Assembly (NCBI GenBank): GCA_047602405.1
Contig: JASGHJ010000002.1
Span: 2,624,001-2,688,000, forward strand
Source of the DNA: Anaeromyxobacteraceae bacterium
Lineage (GTDB): Bacteria; Myxococcota; Myxococcia; Myxococcales; Anaeromyxobacteraceae
Reading direction: 5' to 3'
DNA length: 64,000 bases
The translations under genes were made by a program, and so were the position numbers. Positions 59,126 to 64,000 of the stretch are shown here, in pieces. Under the pieces are notes generated by a model that saw only the letters and a program-made list of their open reading frames with translations, was not told the origin of the DNA and searched no databases. Position 1 is the stretch's first letter. Each line of letters starts with the position of its first letter.

Positions 59126-59907
59126 GGCAGCACCCGGAAGGCGTAGCGGAGCGGCACGTCGCCGGCGTCGCCCTCGAGCGTCACGAGGTAGTCGTCCGCG
59201 GCGAGGCGCGCGGCGGGCACCGTCAGCACCGCCACCGCGCGCGGCGAGGTGCCCGGGCGCGCCGGCCCGGAGGCGACGGCCTCGCCGCCGGCCGTGCGGA
59301 GCTCGAAGCGCAGCGCGCCGCGCGGCGCGACCTCGCCCTCGAGGCGGAGCTCGACGTCGTCCGCGCCCGGCGGGAGCCGGAGCGCGGGGAGCCCGCCGGC
59401 GCCGCGCAGGCGCAGCGGCGACACCGCGAAGGCGACCACGACCGGCGCGGGGCGCGGCGCGGCGTGGGGCGGGACCGCCGGGGCGGCCGCCGTGACCGCG
59501 GGCGACGGGGCGGGGCGGGGCGCGACGCCGCCGCGGACGAGCCAGACGCCTGCGGTCACCGCCGAGAGGACGGCGGCGGCCGCGAGCGCCGCGCCCAGCC
59601 TCGGGCGCGAACGCCTCCGGGGCGCCTCCGGCGCGCGCGCCGCCGCCGCGCGCACGAGCGCGCGGGCGACCGCGACCCGCGCGCGGTGGGCCGCGGACGC
59701 GAGGTAGTGCCCCTCGAACGCGCGCAGGTCCTCCCCCTCGAGCAGGCCCGCCGCGTAGTCGTCCACGAGGTCGGTCTCGGCCTCCCGGATCCGCTCGACG
59801 AGCTCCGGGTCGGCCACGTAGCCCGCCTCGAGCGCCTCGGCCTCCGGCCCGGGCAGCTCGCCGAGGAGGTACCGTCTCAACTTCCCGTCCGTGTGGCCTT
59901 CGAGCAT
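59122..59907 (-). CDS. Putative membrane anti-sigma factor
   Basis: RRYLLGEL...E...DLVDDY..G.L...AFEGHYL helical N-domain, TM, beta-rich C-domain; directly downstream of an ECF gene. Confidence 0.75.
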   Translation of the reverse strand: MLEGHTDGKLRRYLLGELPGPEAEALEAGYVADPELVERIREAETDLVDDYAAGLLEGEDLRAFEGHYLASAAHRARVAVARALVRAAAARAPEAPRRRSRPRLGAALAAAAVLSAVTAGVWLVRGGVAPRPAPSPAVTAAAPAVPPHAAPRPAPVVVAFAVSPLRLRGAGGLPALRLPPGADDVELRLEGEVAPRGALRFELRTAGGEAVASGPARPGTSPRAVAVLTVPAARLAADDYLVTLEGDAGDVPLRYAFRVLP

Positions 59908-59923
59908 CGCGGAGAGGCTCCCC

Positions 59924-60529
59924 TCACCCCTGACCCGGCGGGCCGATCCGTGTCGGTCGATCGTCGCCCGCCGCGGCGCACCCCAGCACGCAGCGCTCGA
60001 GGCCGTCCCGGAGGCGCTGGACGCGGCTGCGCAGCGCACCCTCGCTCACCCCGAGCTCGCGGGCGAGGTCCACCCGACGGTCGATCCGCGCCTGCCCCCT
60101 CCCCTCGTAGTACCGCAAGAGGAGGCTCTGGCTCTCCGGCGCGAGGCGGGAGAGGCACCCCTCCAGGCACGGCAACCACGGCCCCTCGTCGTCGACGCCC
60201 GCCGGGCCGCGCAGCGCGTCGAGCGCGCCCTCCTCGACCTGCACGGTCCTGCTCGCCCCGGGCGAGCGGCGCGCCTCCTGCAGCACGTGGCGCGCGATGC
60301 CGAGCGCGAAGCCGCGGACGTCCTCGACGTCGGCGCCGTGCTCGAGCCGCGCCGCGAGCCGATCGAGCGCCTCGTCGGCGTGCTCGTCGGGCGAGGGCGC
60401 GCCGCGCCACTCGAAGAAGCGCACGAGGGCCGCCCGGAGCGCCTCGTAGGCCGCCGGCGCGCGGCGCTCGTCCGCGTCGAGGCGGGCGAGCACCCGGGCG
60501 AAGCCCACCGACGTGAGGGCGCGGCGCAT
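59924..60529 (-). CDS. ECF-type sigma factor
   Basis: YEALRAALVRFF...EHADEALDR...FALGIARHV (region 2); CLEGCLSRL...LARELGVSEGALRSRVQRLR (region 4); GGAG RBS. Confidence 0.82.
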   Translation of the reverse strand: MRRALTSVGFARVLARLDADERRAPAAYEALRAALVRFFEWRGAPSPDEHADEALDRLAARLEHGADVEDVRGFALGIARHVLQEARRSPGASRTVQVEEGALDALRGPAGVDDEGPWLPCLEGCLSRLAPESQSLLLRYYEGRGQARIDRRVDLARELGVSEGALRSRVQRLRDGLERCVLGCAAAGDDRPTRIGPPGQG

Positions 60530-60622
60530 TTCTCCGATTCTCCTGCGAATTCGCGCCGGCTTCGCCGGGCCTCCCCCATCTGTGACGTGCGGTCGGCCCC
60601 CTGCGGAAACGACGCTTCTCCG

Positions 60623-63949
<3,327 letters not shown>

Positions 63950-64000
63950 GCGCCCTCTCGGGGGTGGAGCGCAGCCCGGGTTGCTCGAGGTGCGCCTCAC

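Overview
Very high-GC bacterial chromosome segment whose gene content suggests a myxobacterium, probably Anaeromyxobacter-like (MYXO-CTERM sorting tail, eukaryotic-type Ser/Thr kinases, AsgB-like regulator). About 55 genes plus tRNA-Ala(GGC). Housekeeping block: hemB, lptFG, purE/purD/purH, proC. Accessory genes: pgaBCD without pgaA, a CHASE2 adenylate cyclase/SH3-like/M48 operon, a sarcosine-oxidase-like pair, two ECF sigma modules (one coupled to a kinase, one with an anti-sigma opposite a secreted TPR-CHAT caspase-like protease), and a propeller sensor with no kinase domain. Best candidates for undescribed systems: (1) a tandem double ATP-grasp ligase, a DmpA peptidase and an unannotated 36-aa Lys/Arg-rich gene; (2) the ECF/anti-sigma/TPR-CHAT module. 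Eight genes carry single-base frameshifts, and six of them are GATC read as GAATC/GATTC. That points to systematic sequencing error at (probably methylated) GATC sites rather than pseudogenes. A degenerate TnpB remnant and an in-frame palindromic insert in a kinase were also seen. All family calls come from motif recognition by eye; no searches were run.
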